Source of the DNA: a virus
Lineage: Duplodnaviria > Caudoviricetes
Length of the DNA stretch: 64,000 nt
Virus record (IMG/VR): IMGVR_UViG_3300018495_000013
Span: 62 to 64,061 of that record
Direction: 5' to 3' (one strand)
Numbering within the stretch: the stretch's first letter is position 1; every line of letters starts with the position of its first letter. Shown piece by piece: positions 45,236-55,736 of the stretch. The translations under genes were made by a program, and so were the position numbers. A model generated the notes under the pieces. That model had not been told where the DNA came from. It made no database searches and saw nothing but the letters and a program-made list of their open reading frames with translations.

Positions 45236-48200
45236 TTAATTGCCGCTTGCAGCACCTATCCCTTCGATTACTCCATTGGCAAAGGTCGCTCCGACATCAG
45301 CATCGGTATCATTGTAATTGTTTTGAGTTTCTATGGTAAAGTTTACTATCTTTAGCCCATATTCAGTCTTTAGACCATCTAGCATTGTTTTCAAATCAAG
45401 CCCAAACGCCGTGGCTATTTTGCTATTTGCTTCTTTCATATAACTTTCGTATGTTTCTGCAAAGTTTTCAACTTGTTCTTCTTTTAATATAGAATAATCG
45501 CCTGTTGCTAAAGCATATTCTAGTTTTTCTTTTTCCGCTTGTATTGCTTGGTCGTATTTTGCAAGTTCAGCCTCTCTTTGTTCATCTCTTGCAATCTCTG
45601 CAAGTTTTTGCATACTCTCATAGTCGCCACGAGCGCGTAATTCGGCTTTCTCTCGCTCTTTATCTTCCGCCTCGTAACTTTCTTCAAGAGCGTTCTTTTG
45701 CTTGTTTAATTCGTCAATTTTAAGGTCTGTTATCTTCTCTGCATAATACTTCTCTTTTTCATAGTTTTCTGCTATGAGTTTTAATAAAGCATTGTAATAT
45801 GCAATTTCATTTTGCAAGTTTTCTTTTGTGGTTTCGCGCAAACCTTCTTTTATTGTTGCGTTTCCGTTTTCGTCATAGTTATATAACTTGTTTTGTATCT
45901 CTTGTAGTTTTTCTTGTATTTCTTTTGTTTGCTCCCCTTGTAGCCTATCATAAAGTTCGTCAAGAGCCGTTTTCATATCTCCGTTAGAATCTACAAACGC
46001 TTTTGCTACTTCGGGATACTCGTCAAATATAGTAAGCCATTCATCAAATGAAGGCATACCGCCATCTGCAAGTTTTTTCATTGCGTTAAACACATTATTG
46101 ATTCCCTTTTGTGTTTCGTCCAAACCCTTGTTAAATTCTTCAAGGCTGTTGAGTGTTCCTATGGCTTCGTTTTCAAAATCATTAGTAATTCCAGTTGCAT
46201 CATTAAGACCGTTTTGATAGTCTACTAAACTATCTACTACTTTTTGTATTTGCTCACTTGTAAGACCTAGTGTTGTTCCATATTTGTTTACTAATTCTGT
46301 AATATCTTCAACGCTTGTGTATACATTACTATCTAATACTGTTTTTAGCGTTTCCGTTGTATCGCCAATTATATCATAAGACTGATATTCCGCTAGGTCT
46401 TTTTGTAATTGTTGTAGCATTTCCATTGCCGCTTTTTTATTTTTGTTTGATGCGGCAGAGTCGTATGCTATAAACTTATAAAGTTCTATTGCTGCATTAA
46501 GTTGTTCTTCAAATGTTCCTTTAGTATCATCTAGTTCAAACTTTGCTTTTCCACCAATCGCTCGTGAAGTATCACTTTTAATTCCTATTTTATATTTTGC
46601 ATATAAAGACTCTTGAACGGCTTTTGCTTTTGCATTTGCTTCACCCTGTTCTGATACCAATGCAGAAACCATCTTTGTTCTTTGCTCGTCATATTTGCCG
46701 TTAACCAAGTCTACATAATCTGCTTCATCTTGAATGCTTTTGTTTATCTTTTCTTGCAAGTTGAGCAATTCTTTTGCTATTTGTGCTGTGTTTTCTTGAG
46801 TTCCATTTCCGCTTTCAAGTGCTTCTTGTGCTTCTTTATGTTTTTTTGAAAGTTCGTCATAACTTTCTAAAGCATCTTGAAACGCTTGTGCTTGTTCCCT
46901 TGCGGCATTAGCAGTATCTTTGGCATTTTCAACGGCTTGTAGTGCATTTTCTCTTGCGGTTTTTTCAGTATCTTTTATATAATCCCACAGTTGAATAACG
47001 CCATTCATTATTTCGCCTACAACAAGACCAATACCCATCGTAAACACAGTATTAACAACCGCGCCTGTTGCTTTTGCAACACCGTTTAAAACTTTCATTG
47101 CAGCAGATGAAGATAGTATGTTTTGTCTTAAAGTGTTAAATGCGGCGGCAGAAGTTGCTCCCATTTTACTAACTTGCATACTATTTTGTAACCATAGTGT
47201 GCGTTCTTCTTTGAATTGTACAGACATTGCTTTCGCAGATTTTATTACATTACTTATTCCTTGTTTCCATTTAGTGTTTATTTGCAATGAAATTCCACTT
47301 GCACTTACTTCTACAAGTTTAAGATTTTTCCCGAACAAAGACAAACCCAGAGCGGCGGCGGTTGTTGCCGTGGGTATTAGACCAAATGTACCTACTATTT
47401 CCTTTATGCTTCCTACTGCTCCTGTTCCAAACTTTATAAAACTTTCTAGCAAATCGTACAACCCTGCATCTGCTATCGCCATTTGCAGTTCTAGTATAGT
47501 AGAGTTTAGTTGCTCTTGCTTTGCTGCAATAGTATCCATATACTTTTCTTGCAATGTTTGTGAATACCCTGTTGCACTAGCAATATCTTCTAGTTTATCT
47601 TCGTACTCGTCCATTCCGTCAAGCAACGCAAGGAATATGTTTTGGTTACGAGTTCCAACCAAATTTCTTAAAGATTCGGCTTCTTCAGCTGTCAATTCTT
47701 CTGCGGTTTGCAGGTCGGTAATCATACTTTCAAAGAAACTTTCAGATGCTTCTTTGTTGTTTTTCCATACCACAGACAAGTCTTTGATTATTTCAATCAA
47801 TGGGCGCATTTGGTTTCTTGTTTCGTCAGTATAAAAGTCAACGCCAAGTGCCGCTAGTTTTTCTGCATTTGCCGTTCTTGACAAGTATACCATCATTGAA
47901 TTTGCCGCAGTACCAACAACATTAGCAGTTCTACCACTTTCTACTTTCATTGTAGTAAGTAGTGCAACCAGTTCGTCAAAACTCAATCCTGCCGTCTTTG
48001 CCGCGCTTGAAGAACGAACTAGCATTTCTACTAGGTCGCTTGCATCAAGTGCCGTTACATCAGCCATTTTCGCAACTTTATCTAGGACATCAGCCATATC
48101 ATTTGCTTCCATATTCCATTGCGCCATAATACCTATCATTTTGGTAGTTACTTCTTCGCTCTTTAGTTGTTGCGTGTTCATACCAAGAATAGATACTCTT

Positions 48201-48874
48201 GTTGCTTCTAGCGCATCTTCTGCGGTGTAACCTGCTCTTGCCCATTCAAGATAAACATCACTAACCTGCGTAAAACTTGTGCCTAAATCTTTTGCTAATT
48301 GAATTAGTTTTTGGCGATATTCGTCAACAGAAAAAGCCGTGTCACTCATAACACGGTCTATTGCAACCATACGCATTTCTACATCTTTGGTCGCTTCTAT
48401 CGTTTCATTAAAAAAGTCGCCTATTTCTCTATAAATAGCACTTGCTGCAATCCAACCAAGGCGATTAGCCATCATTGACTTAAAATCGCCGTTTGATTGT
48501 TCTAATGATTGCTTTTCAAGCATTCTTTCATAAGCAAGTTGCTTTTCTTTTTGTTTTGTTCTCCATGCATCAAGTGATATTTGATTTTTGCGTGCAAATT
48601 CAGAAACTCTTTGTTCGCCTTTGATTCGGTTGGTTTCAATTTGAACTTGAGCCTTCGCATCTTGCTTTGCTCTAAATGTAGCAATTTGAGTTATTTGCTT
48701 TTCGGTTAATGTTACATCCCCTTCGGGAAGTTTAATATGTAACTTTGATTGTATTTCCGCGCTTGCTTCGTCAACAGCATCGCGTAGGGTTTGTAGTTGA
48801 TTAAGACCTGTTGCTAAATCAAAACCTATGCTTGCTATATTTTTAGTCTTAACTGCACCTACACCTTCGCCCAT
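45236..48874 (-). CDS. Tape measure protein (TP901-like core)
   Basis: 1212 aa, helical, Ala-rich; follows the tail chaperones. Confidence 0.92.
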   Translation of the reverse strand: MGEGVGAVKTKNIASIGFDLATGLNQLQTLRDAVDEASAEIQSKLHIKLPEGDVTLTEKQITQIATFRAKQDAKAQVQIETNRIKGEQRVSEFARKNQISLDAWRTKQKEKQLAYERMLEKQSLEQSNGDFKSMMANRLGWIAASAIYREIGDFFNETIEATKDVEMRMVAIDRVMSDTAFSVDEYRQKLIQLAKDLGTSFTQVSDVYLEWARAGYTAEDALEATRVSILGMNTQQLKSEEVTTKMIGIMAQWNMEANDMADVLDKVAKMADVTALDASDLVEMLVRSSSAAKTAGLSFDELVALLTTMKVESGRTANVVGTAANSMMVYLSRTANAEKLAALGVDFYTDETRNQMRPLIEIIKDLSVVWKNNKEASESFFESMITDLQTAEELTAEEAESLRNLVGTRNQNIFLALLDGMDEYEDKLEDIASATGYSQTLQEKYMDTIAAKQEQLNSTILELQMAIADAGLYDLLESFIKFGTGAVGSIKEIVGTFGLIPTATTAAALGLSLFGKNLKLVEVSASGISLQINTKWKQGISNVIKSAKAMSVQFKEERTLWLQNSMQVSKMGATSAAAFNTLRQNILSSSAAMKVLNGVAKATGAVVNTVFTMGIGLVVGEIMNGVIQLWDYIKDTEKTARENALQAVENAKDTANAAREQAQAFQDALESYDELSKKHKEAQEALESGNGTQENTAQIAKELLNLQEKINKSIQDEADYVDLVNGKYDEQRTKMVSALVSEQGEANAKAKAVQESLYAKYKIGIKSDTSRAIGGKAKFELDDTKGTFEEQLNAAIELYKFIAYDSAASNKNKKAAMEMLQQLQKDLAEYQSYDIIGDTTETLKTVLDSNVYTSVEDITELVNKYGTTLGLTSEQIQKVVDSLVDYQNGLNDATGITNDFENEAIGTLNSLEEFNKGLDETQKGINNVFNAMKKLADGGMPSFDEWLTIFDEYPEVAKAFVDSNGDMKTALDELYDRLQGEQTKEIQEKLQEIQNKLYNYDENGNATIKEGLRETTKENLQNEIAYYNALLKLIAENYEKEKYYAEKITDLKIDELNKQKNALEESYEAEDKEREKAELRARGDYESMQKLAEIARDEQREAELAKYDQAIQAEKEKLEYALATGDYSILKEEQVENFAETYESYMKEANSKIATAFGLDLKTMLDGLKTEYGLKIVNFTIETQNNYNDTDADVGATFANGVIEGIGAASGN

Positions 48875-48888
48875 TATATACTCCTATT

Positions 48889-49170
48889 CTAACTTTTTTT
48901 CATTTTGGAAATCGTTGCCGCTTGCATTGTCGCCATTGCCTGCATTTCCATTTGTATTGATAATTGCTCTTTTCTTTCTTTTCTATCAAGATAACGCCAG
49001 TTGGAATTGAAAGCCTTAATTTGCGGAAAAGTAAGTTCTTCCATATCTTCTATCTTGTATGCCCCTTTGCTGTTTCTAATGAAATCAGCAAAGAGAGATA
49101 CATAGTCTGGTTTTACTTTTACCTTTTTTTCGGCACTACCACCGCTTTCATTGTGGCGTGCCACAATCAT
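48889..49170 (-). CDS. Tail assembly chaperone (gpT-like)
   Basis: Just before TMP; ATGA overlap with the upstream ORF. Confidence 0.6.
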   Translation of the reverse strand: MIVARHNESGGSAEKKVKVKPDYVSLFADFIRNSKGAYKIEDMEELTFPQIKAFNSNWRYLDRKERKEQLSIQMEMQAMATMQAATISKMKKS

Positions 49171-49628
49171 CCCGATATTCTTAAAATTGACTTGAGCATT
49201 TTCTCAATATCGTCTATATTCCATTCTTCTTCGTCTACCATTTTATCAAACAAATTATTTTTGCCATCTAGGTAAACATACTTATCAATTATTTCTTTAA
49301 TAAGTTTTAGATTTTCTTTTGCCTTTTCCCCAGAATATGCTAAATACGAACTCTTGATGAACATATTGTCGTACTTGCCTGTCATTGCTTCCTTTACGCT
49401 TATGCCTTTAATAATGTATATCTTTCCATTGATATACTCTTTATCTTTGCCAAATACTTCTGCAATACTGCTTTCGGGGTTAGGACATACATCGAAAGTT
49501 CCTTCATCGTCAATTATTTCTATCCACTCAAATCCGTCTTTGCCGTGAACATTTACCTTGTCGCCTTTGGAAAAATCGAAATCACTTATTTTCTTTGGTG
49601 TGTTATTGTGTTGCTCGCCATTGTTCAT
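49167..49628 (-). CDS. Tail assembly chaperone (gpG-like)
   Basis: Position after the major tail protein. Confidence 0.6.
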   Translation of the reverse strand: MNNGEQHNNTPKKISDFDFSKGDKVNVHGKDGFEWIEIIDDEGTFDVCPNPESSIAEVFGKDKEYINGKIYIIKGISVKEAMTGKYDNMFIKSSYLAYSGEKAKENLKLIKEIIDKYVYLDGKNNLFDKMVDEEEWNIDDIEKMLKSILRISG

Positions 49629-49657
49629 TTCTATTTCTCCTTGTTAATTACTTATTG

Positions 49658-50464
49658 TTAGTTTTGTGCAGATGCGGTATCTACGGTATCAGCCCACATA
49701 ATCTTGAGAGCCTTTTTGCCTGCTCTAGGAGCAAGAGCCTTCAAGGAATAAGTTACGCCACCACTAGGGTCTTTTTGCCAACTTCTGCTTTGGTCGCCAG
49801 CAGGAACAACTTGGTCGATAACGATATTGGTTGCAAATCTTGCACTTCTACCAATATTAACAACAGTATTGGTTGCGGTTAAAACTGCGGAAATGTAGTT
49901 AGCCATTGCTTCTCTTTCAATCTTTGAGCCAGAAGTAGCGGTATAGTCGTATGTAACAAGTACAACTTCGCCTGCTTGTGCATCAGTAACAGTAATTTGA
50001 GTGCCTTCAATAGTAGCAGTTTTTTTAGAACCATCTGCACCTATAACGTGAATAAGACCTGTAGTACCACCTTCTGTACCTGAAGCATAAGTATGAGCAA
50101 GTGTTCCTTGTTTGTTTTCGTCAAGAGTAACCCCTTCTGAAATCGCTCTAAACCAGTCAGTGGCAGTAGTTGCCTTAAGTTCGGAACCACGCATCCAAGC
50201 ATCCATATAAGGGTCAGTAGAAGAAACAACTATATCAATGTTAGTACCTTCGGTGTCGATATATGTATCTGCCGCATACGGACTATTACCGTCAGGTAGT
50301 TCGCCTTCACTTCTTGTTTCGTTGATTGTAATTGATTGTATTACGCACCTAGGAACGATAGTTTTTCCTGCAGCTACTGTGCCATTGGTATCGGTAGGCT
50401 CTAGCATAAATTGACCTGCTCTATCTACATAAGTGCCTTTCGTTTGATTTGAAAATTTTGCCAT
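49658..50464 (-). CDS. Major tail protein
   Basis: 268 aa T/A/G-rich, synteny. Confidence 0.75.
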   Translation of the reverse strand: MAKFSNQTKGTYVDRAGQFMLEPTDTNGTVAAGKTIVPRCVIQSITINETRSEGELPDGNSPYAADTYIDTEGTNIDIVVSSTDPYMDAWMRGSELKATTATDWFRAISEGVTLDENKQGTLAHTYASGTEGGTTGLIHVIGADGSKKTATIEGTQITVTDAQAGEVVLVTYDYTATSGSKIEREAMANYISAVLTATNTVVNIGRSARFATNIVIDQVVPAGDQSRSWQKDPSGGVTYSLKALAPRAGKKALKIMWADTVDTASAQN

Positions 50465-50485
50465 TATTATATCTCCTTAATTTTT

Positions 50486-50953
50486 TTAATATATTTCATC
50501 CCCTTCGGTTGAAAATCGAATAGAGATTTTTTCTTGATTGTTTTTGATAGCGGTTTGTGGAGAAGTACCTTGGCACTCGTAATCATAACCATCTATCGTT
50601 CTTCTATGAATGAGTCTTTTTATAATATCAGCAAGTTTCATTGCGTTTGCACTATTTCCTTTTTGATATATAATTGTAAACTCATATTGTGGCATTCCAA
50701 AGTCTGTACTTGCCGTTGCTAGTGGCGCAACGCTATTCAATGTAATCATTAACGGATATGTTTTCGCACTTGCAGAGAATTCGGCATCCAATGTAAACCT
50801 TTCATTTTGTTTTGAAAACTTTTCCTTTTTGATTGCACTAGAATCTTCTTCTTGTACTATTTGTTCAGAAAGCCCTAATGCAGACATAAATTCAAAGTCT
50901 TTCATAACTCTTGCTTTTAAACTTGTCATTTGTTCGTATACACTTATTGCCAT
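50486..50953 (-). CDS. Tail terminator-like protein
   Basis: Synteny and size. Confidence 0.55.
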   Translation of the reverse strand: MAISVYEQMTSLKARVMKDFEFMSALGLSEQIVQEEDSSAIKKEKFSKQNERFTLDAEFSASAKTYPLMITLNSVAPLATASTDFGMPQYEFTIIYQKGNSANAMKLADIIKRLIHRRTIDGYDYECQGTSPQTAIKNNQEKISIRFSTEGDEIY

Positions 50954-50954
50954 T

Positions 50955-51572
50955 TTAATATTCTTCCAAACACTCCATTATTACATTTTGCATTTTTTCG
51001 CCTATACTTTTTAACGCATTAGGCAATCGGCTTTGTTCATACCAATACATAGCAGTTGTTATGGCTTCGCTTGGCTTGATAGGTTTTATTACATAATACC
51101 TTTTTTGAGAATTCCATTTAAGTTTGTTTATCTTATATGCGACTCTCTTATTCTCCAAGTTTTGACCTGCAAATGCGCCTGTGCTATATCTCGCTCTACC
51201 AAAAAAATCAATATATTTGCCACGAGGTCTACCTACTATCGGCGTGCCTTTTCTCGCAGGGTTTGATTGCCATTCATCACTACCTTTATTTGACATATAA
51301 TCTTGCCATTTAGGGTTACTTGTTAAGGCTTCTGAACCTGTACCAAATGAATCTGCTATTACATAAGCATTTGCGCCTATATCTGCCATTATTATTGATT
51401 CGGTTTTAGAAATGATACTATCAAACTTTTTTTGAGAAATAGCATCTCGCCAACGCATTTCTCTTTTTATATCTGATATTACCGCTTTCGATAAAGACTT
51501 AACTGCTTCTTGCGATAAACTAATCAACTCGTCTATTGCTTTTTCCGCATTAAATCGTAGCATTATTCTCAA
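50955..51572 (-). CDS. Neck/tail completion protein
   Basis: Synteny; FGTGS motif. Confidence 0.5.
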   Translation of the reverse strand: MRIMLRFNAEKAIDELISLSQEAVKSLSKAVISDIKREMRWRDAISQKKFDSIISKTESIIMADIGANAYVIADSFGTGSEALTSNPKWQDYMSNKGSDEWQSNPARKGTPIVGRPRGKYIDFFGRARYSTGAFAGQNLENKRVAYKINKLKWNSQKRYYVIKPIKPSEAITTAMYWYEQSRLPNALKSIGEKMQNVIMECLEEY

Positions 51573-52218
51573 AGTCCTCTTTGTTATTAAAGATTTTGCA
51601 TTGTAGTTCCCATATACCTTCTAGTCCAAAACCGCCTACGCTCACTACTTCCAAGTAATTAACATAGCCGTTTTTGTTTTTCGCTACAATCTTATCTTTT
51701 ACTGCTACTTTATATTTTTGTGGTATTTGCAATTTAACGATTGTATATTGGTCTGTGCCACCTTCTAGTTGCCTGCCTTCTTTGTTTTGGTCGGTATAGA
51801 AACAAGGTACTTGTTCATATCTAGGTTCAAATTTTGCATCACCTATCGGAGTGCCAACATCGTCAAATTCTGAAACAATGCTACCTATATCTATCTTTGT
51901 ATTAACATTAACGATATTTCCTGTCAAACCGTCTGTGCTTTGTTCGGGTCTAACGCTTTGTAGCAAAATTTCATATTCGCTACCTTGATAATACATTTTT
52001 CCAACCATACCACCCTTAATATTCAAAAAGTCGTCATCTCGCGTAGGGAAAAAGTAAATATCAATGGAAACTTCTCTAACCGTTAAATCGTAGAATGCAC
52101 GAGTGCTAGGTTCATCTTCAAGCCTACACTCTACATTCCTATTTAGTTTATCACTAAATAGCGATAGCGGTATTCCGTTTCTTCTCATATTCGACTTGCT
52201 ATATCTTTTTGCTTTCAT
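51550..52218 (-). CDS. Head closure-like protein
   Basis: Synteny. Confidence 0.5.
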   Translation of the reverse strand: MKAKRYSKSNMRRNGIPLSLFSDKLNRNVECRLEDEPSTRAFYDLTVREVSIDIYFFPTRDDDFLNIKGGMVGKMYYQGSEYEILLQSVRPEQSTDGLTGNIVNVNTKIDIGSIVSEFDDVGTPIGDAKFEPRYEQVPCFYTDQNKEGRQLEGGTDQYTIVKLQIPQKYKVAVKDKIVAKNKNGYVNYLEVVSVGGFGLEGIWELQCKIFNNKEDFENNATI

Positions 52219-52306
52219 ACTACTCTTTGATAAGGATGCGGTAGGGGAATAGTTGCCTACCCCCTACCTATATATAGAAATGTGCCGCAACACAATGACA
52301 CCTATG

Positions 52307-52711
52307 TTATGATGGGTTGCTTGTTCTAAAGAACCCACCAAAAGACAACACTTCATCTCCACTAACTACATCGTCAATTATCTCATACGCACGATTGTAT
52401 AGTTCGTTTTGTAATGCACTATAATCTATCGTTTGTAAAGAATAACTTGACTGTTTGCTTTTTTCGGTTTGTGGTTGAATTATTGCCATAGTAGAACAAA
52501 AGTACGAGCCACAAAGATAAACGATAGCACTATCTATGTCATTCAAAAGATTTTCGTCCTCTATCTTTACGCCAACTCTTTTTTCTACTTCTTTGATAGC
52601 CTTACCCATATATTCATAGGATTCTATTTGTGCATCAGGCAGTTGATTTTCATCAAGACCGCCCAATACACTTCTTATTCTATCGCTTAAATTTTCTTGT
52701 GGACTATACAT
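52307..52711 (-). CDS. Head-tail connector/adaptor
   Basis: Follows the capsid gene; IRSVLG.L....LPD..I. Confidence 0.6.
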   Translation of the reverse strand: MYSPQENLSDRIRSVLGGLDENQLPDAQIESYEYMGKAIKEVEKRVGVKIEDENLLNDIDSAIVYLCGSYFCSTMAIIQPQTEKSKQSSYSLQTIDYSALQNELYNRAYEIIDDVVSGDEVLSFGGFFRTSNPS

Positions 52712-52725
52712 ATTGCTTTACTTAA

Positions 52726-53877
52726 TTACGAAGGGTTTTTAAGGGTACGAAGTTGAACACCACCGTGAATACCAATGCTCATAAAGTTTGCAATTTCAGA
52801 GAATGTCATCATCTTGATTTGGTTTTCAATCTTGTTGTCGGTTTCTCTGATAGTGCCACCAATTTGCATAATTCTGTTTACACCATTTGCTACATTATAA
52901 ACTGCAATCTTTGCTACATTGCCGCCCTTTGCAAGTTTAGCATTTTCAGAAATGATAACTTGGATATCTTCAAACTTGATTTGAGGATAACGAAGAGTAA
53001 TGCTTTGAGGAGCAACTACACCATTCTTTACACCTAGGTCACTCAACACATTGGAAAGAGCCATTGCGCCATTAACATCGGTAATAAATCTATTGGGTGC
53101 TACGCCATAAGTATTATAATATTCAAATACAAGACCAAGAATATCGCTTGCACCAATTTTATTTGCAGTAGCAATAGTATAATCGCTTGCAACGGCGGCG
53201 GTGCCGCTATTGCCGTCACCAGAAAGGAGAACTTCAGTTGCTCTAACTGCTTGGCTCTTTGCAAGTTTCTTTGCAACGGTTTCAACCCAAAGTAGGAATA
53301 CATCAATGGTGGTTTCAAGTAGTGCTTCATAAGGAATCTTCATCATTCTTGCATACTTATAAAGTCTGATAGAATTGTCACCAAGTACGATTTCTGCTTC
53401 GGGAATTGCTGCGCCAGCAGTAGTTCTCTCTAGTTCAGTGTTCTTGCCGTTCTTTGTGCCGTCTGCAAAATCAAAATACATAGCGGTATAGTTGCTACCA
53501 GCACTCATAATTGTAGAATTAATTAGAGCCATTAAGCCAGAATCTGCAATAACAGTTTTTCTAATAACTCTATCAACAACTACTTTAAATAGGTGTTCAC
53601 TACCACCAATAGACATTTTGTTCGTGGGTAGTTGGTTTGCGCCGAGAACTTCAGCAACAGTAGATGCGCGTACACCTTTTTCAAGGTTACTCTTTAGACA
53701 AAGACCACGAGAGTAAAGAACTGCATCAAAACCAGTAAGACCCATAAAGTTTTCGTCTTGCAATTCGTTTGAATATTTTTCATTGATAAAAGCATCAATA
53801 GAAACATTATTTGCGTTACAGGTAATAAAATCTTCTTGTGTGAAATTAAGTCTTTCTACTTTCTTAAAAATCGTCAT
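52726..53877 (-). CDS. Major capsid protein
   Basis: 383 aa; AGAAIPEAEI...LYKYAR...E.L pattern of HK97-fold capsids. Confidence 0.85.
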   Translation of the reverse strand: MTIFKKVERLNFTQEDFITCNANNVSIDAFINEKYSNELQDENFMGLTGFDAVLYSRGLCLKSNLEKGVRASTVAEVLGANQLPTNKMSIGGSEHLFKVVVDRVIRKTVIADSGLMALINSTIMSAGSNYTAMYFDFADGTKNGKNTELERTTAGAAIPEAEIVLGDNSIRLYKYARMMKIPYEALLETTIDVFLLWVETVAKKLAKSQAVRATEVLLSGDGNSGTAAVASDYTIATANKIGASDILGLVFEYYNTYGVAPNRFITDVNGAMALSNVLSDLGVKNGVVAPQSITLRYPQIKFEDIQVIISENAKLAKGGNVAKIAVYNVANGVNRIMQIGGTIRETDNKIENQIKMMTFSEIANFMSIGIHGGVQLRTLKNPS

Positions 53878-53895
53878 TTTTTCATCCTCCTACTT

Positions 53896-54315
53896 TTAGC
53901 CTACAATGTCAACAAATAGGTCGCCACTAGAAGAAGCCTTTTGAACTACCCATTTGCCACCAGTGCCTGTTGCATCGCTAGTTACTTCGCCGTTGTTTGT
54001 AACTACTAGAGTGTTAGTGCCTACTGCTACTGCGGTTGATGCAGGAATACCAACAACCTTGCCTGCGGTGAGCAATGTTCCCATATACTTGGTTTCTGCT
54101 CCACTTTTGCCTTCGATTTCCATAAGGAAGCCTGCAAGGGGAAGGGGTGAGTTGCTACTAGCAGCATAACCATACTTGTTGTCGCCTGTTAGTGCGACAG
54201 GAATACACAATCCATAGATTGCTTTTCGTGATGCCAAAAGAGCAAGATTTTCTGCTGAAATACAATTAGCATCAACTTCAACTGTTATAGTATTAAAACT
54301 ATTCTTTACTGCCAT
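53896..54315 (-). CDS. Capsid decoration protein
   Basis: Small A/G/T/V-rich protein between protease and MCP. Confidence 0.6.
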   Translation of the reverse strand: MAVKNSFNTITVEVDANCISAENLALLASRKAIYGLCIPVALTGDNKYGYAASSNSPLPLAGFLMEIEGKSGAETKYMGTLLTAGKVVGIPASTAVAVGTNTLVVTNNGEVTSDATGTGGKWVVQKASSSGDLFVDIVG

Positions 54316-54341
54316 TGTTAAATCTCCTTGTTAAATATTTT

Positions 54342-55736
54342 TTAGTATAAGTCTTTTGCTGTCGGCTGCGCCAATTTTTCAGCAATTTGTTCAGATGATA
54401 GGGTTTCTTCTGTTTTAGTCTTTTCTATTGCATTAGGTATTGTTCGCCTATTTGCATTTAGTACGATTTCTGCGGTTTGTTCCCATTCTTGCTTTTGGTC
54501 TTTTATATCTTCAATAGACATTTTAGATAATTTAGACATCTTTGCTTCTTTATTGAAGCTGTTACCAAAAGCCTTAATGCCACAAGTTACTGCTTCTTCA
54601 ATCAATTCGTTTTTATATTGAATACCGATTGCTGCATATTTAGCAATTTCTTCTATTTCCATATCTTTGCAATCCGAGCCAAAAAGGGTTTCAAATTGTT
54701 CGTCTGTTAATTGAAGTCTGTATTCAATTTGTGTTTCGTTGATTATGCTGTTTTCAACATTTGAACAAGTTTCCGTATCATTGCTTGCTAAAGCTTCAAT
54801 ATCTAAATCAGCAACATTGTCATTACCATTGATATTTGCATCTTCTACTACTGACATTTCTTCGCTACCTCCTTTTATAGATTTTTCTATATCGCTCGGA
54901 TTACACAAAACCAAAGTTTTGCCTCCAGTTGATAATTGAACATATATTTTAGAGTTTCTATTCAAATAAATACGCTCGCTTGTATCACTTAAATTTATTT
55001 TATCACATACACTTTCATTTTTCAAGTGGTTTTTTGAATTGTTTGAGAATTGTTGTGCAGAAAGTGTTGCATTGGGATATGCACCGTCATAAACTAGGCT
55101 ATCTTCGTGCAAGCAAGTATTTGTTTGATTTTCAATTTCGGGGGCTTCATATTCAATATAGCAAGATTTAAATTCAACAGGATTTCCTTCTTCATCCCAT
55201 TTTGTTGCATATTCATTTCCTGCTAAATGCTTACAACCGTCTTTTGAATATATATAATATGGTTTCCCACAAATGCTACATTTAATACTTTTTACATCGT
55301 TTGAAAACCCTACGCTAGTATCTGCCAAAGTGCCATCTTCTATTTTTTCTATTATAGCATTATTGGTAATACCTTCGTTGTTTTCGTTGCTTCTACGAAT
55401 ATATCTTTTTAGCCAAAGAGAGTTTTCTTCTCCACTTTGTTGTCCTTTTATGACATATCCGTCAAAAACCTTTCCAATAGGCATTGCAGAACTTAAAGGA
55501 TTTCCTTCATTATGATTTAGCATAAAAGAAACGCCCTTTTTAGCATCTCGTGCCATTACTTCTAAAAACTCTTTTTTGGCTTTAACATATCTATTGGGAA
55601 CAAGTTTATCGCCAAATGCTTGGCTTTCCAAAACGATAAAGTCATCTTTGGTTAGCCTTTCACTTTGTAAAAAGTTTTTCATTAAGCCCCAATCTTCATC
55701 AGTAGGCGTTCTAAAACTTTTTATTCCTGCCATCAT
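54342..55736 (-). CDS. Prohead protease/scaffold
   Basis: FMLNHN, DTSVGF, CSICG, E.SLVYDGAYP; acidic scaffold C-terminus. Confidence 0.8.
   Translation of the reverse strand: MMAGIKSFRTPTDEDWGLMKNFLQSERLTKDDFIVLESQAFGDKLVPNRYVKAKKEFLEVMARDAKKGVSFMLNHNEGNPLSSAMPIGKVFDGYVIKGQQSGEENSLWLKRYIRRSNENNEGITNNAIIEKIEDGTLADTSVGFSNDVKSIKCSICGKPYYIYSKDGCKHLAGNEYATKWDEEGNPVEFKSCYIEYEAPEIENQTNTCLHEDSLVYDGAYPNATLSAQQFSNNSKNHLKNESVCDKINLSDTSERIYLNRNSKIYVQLSTGGKTLVLCNPSDIEKSIKGGSEEMSVVEDANINGNDNVADLDIEALASNDTETCSNVENSIINETQIEYRLQLTDEQFETLFGSDCKDMEIEEIAKYAAIGIQYKNELIEEAVTCGIKAFGNSFNKEAKMSKLSKMSIEDIKDQKQEWEQTAEIVLNANRRTIPNAIEKTKTEETLSSEQIAEKLAQPTAKDLY

Noticed and set aside
47118-47834. 238 aa plus-strand ORF and other long antisense ORFs in the structural genes
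   Set aside because: Fully overlap well-supported genes on the opposite strand
49140-49200. Programmed -1 frameshift between the tail chaperones
   Set aside because: The second ORF is in the -1 frame and open here, but I found no XXXYYYZ slippery heptamer; the ATGA overlap explains the coupling
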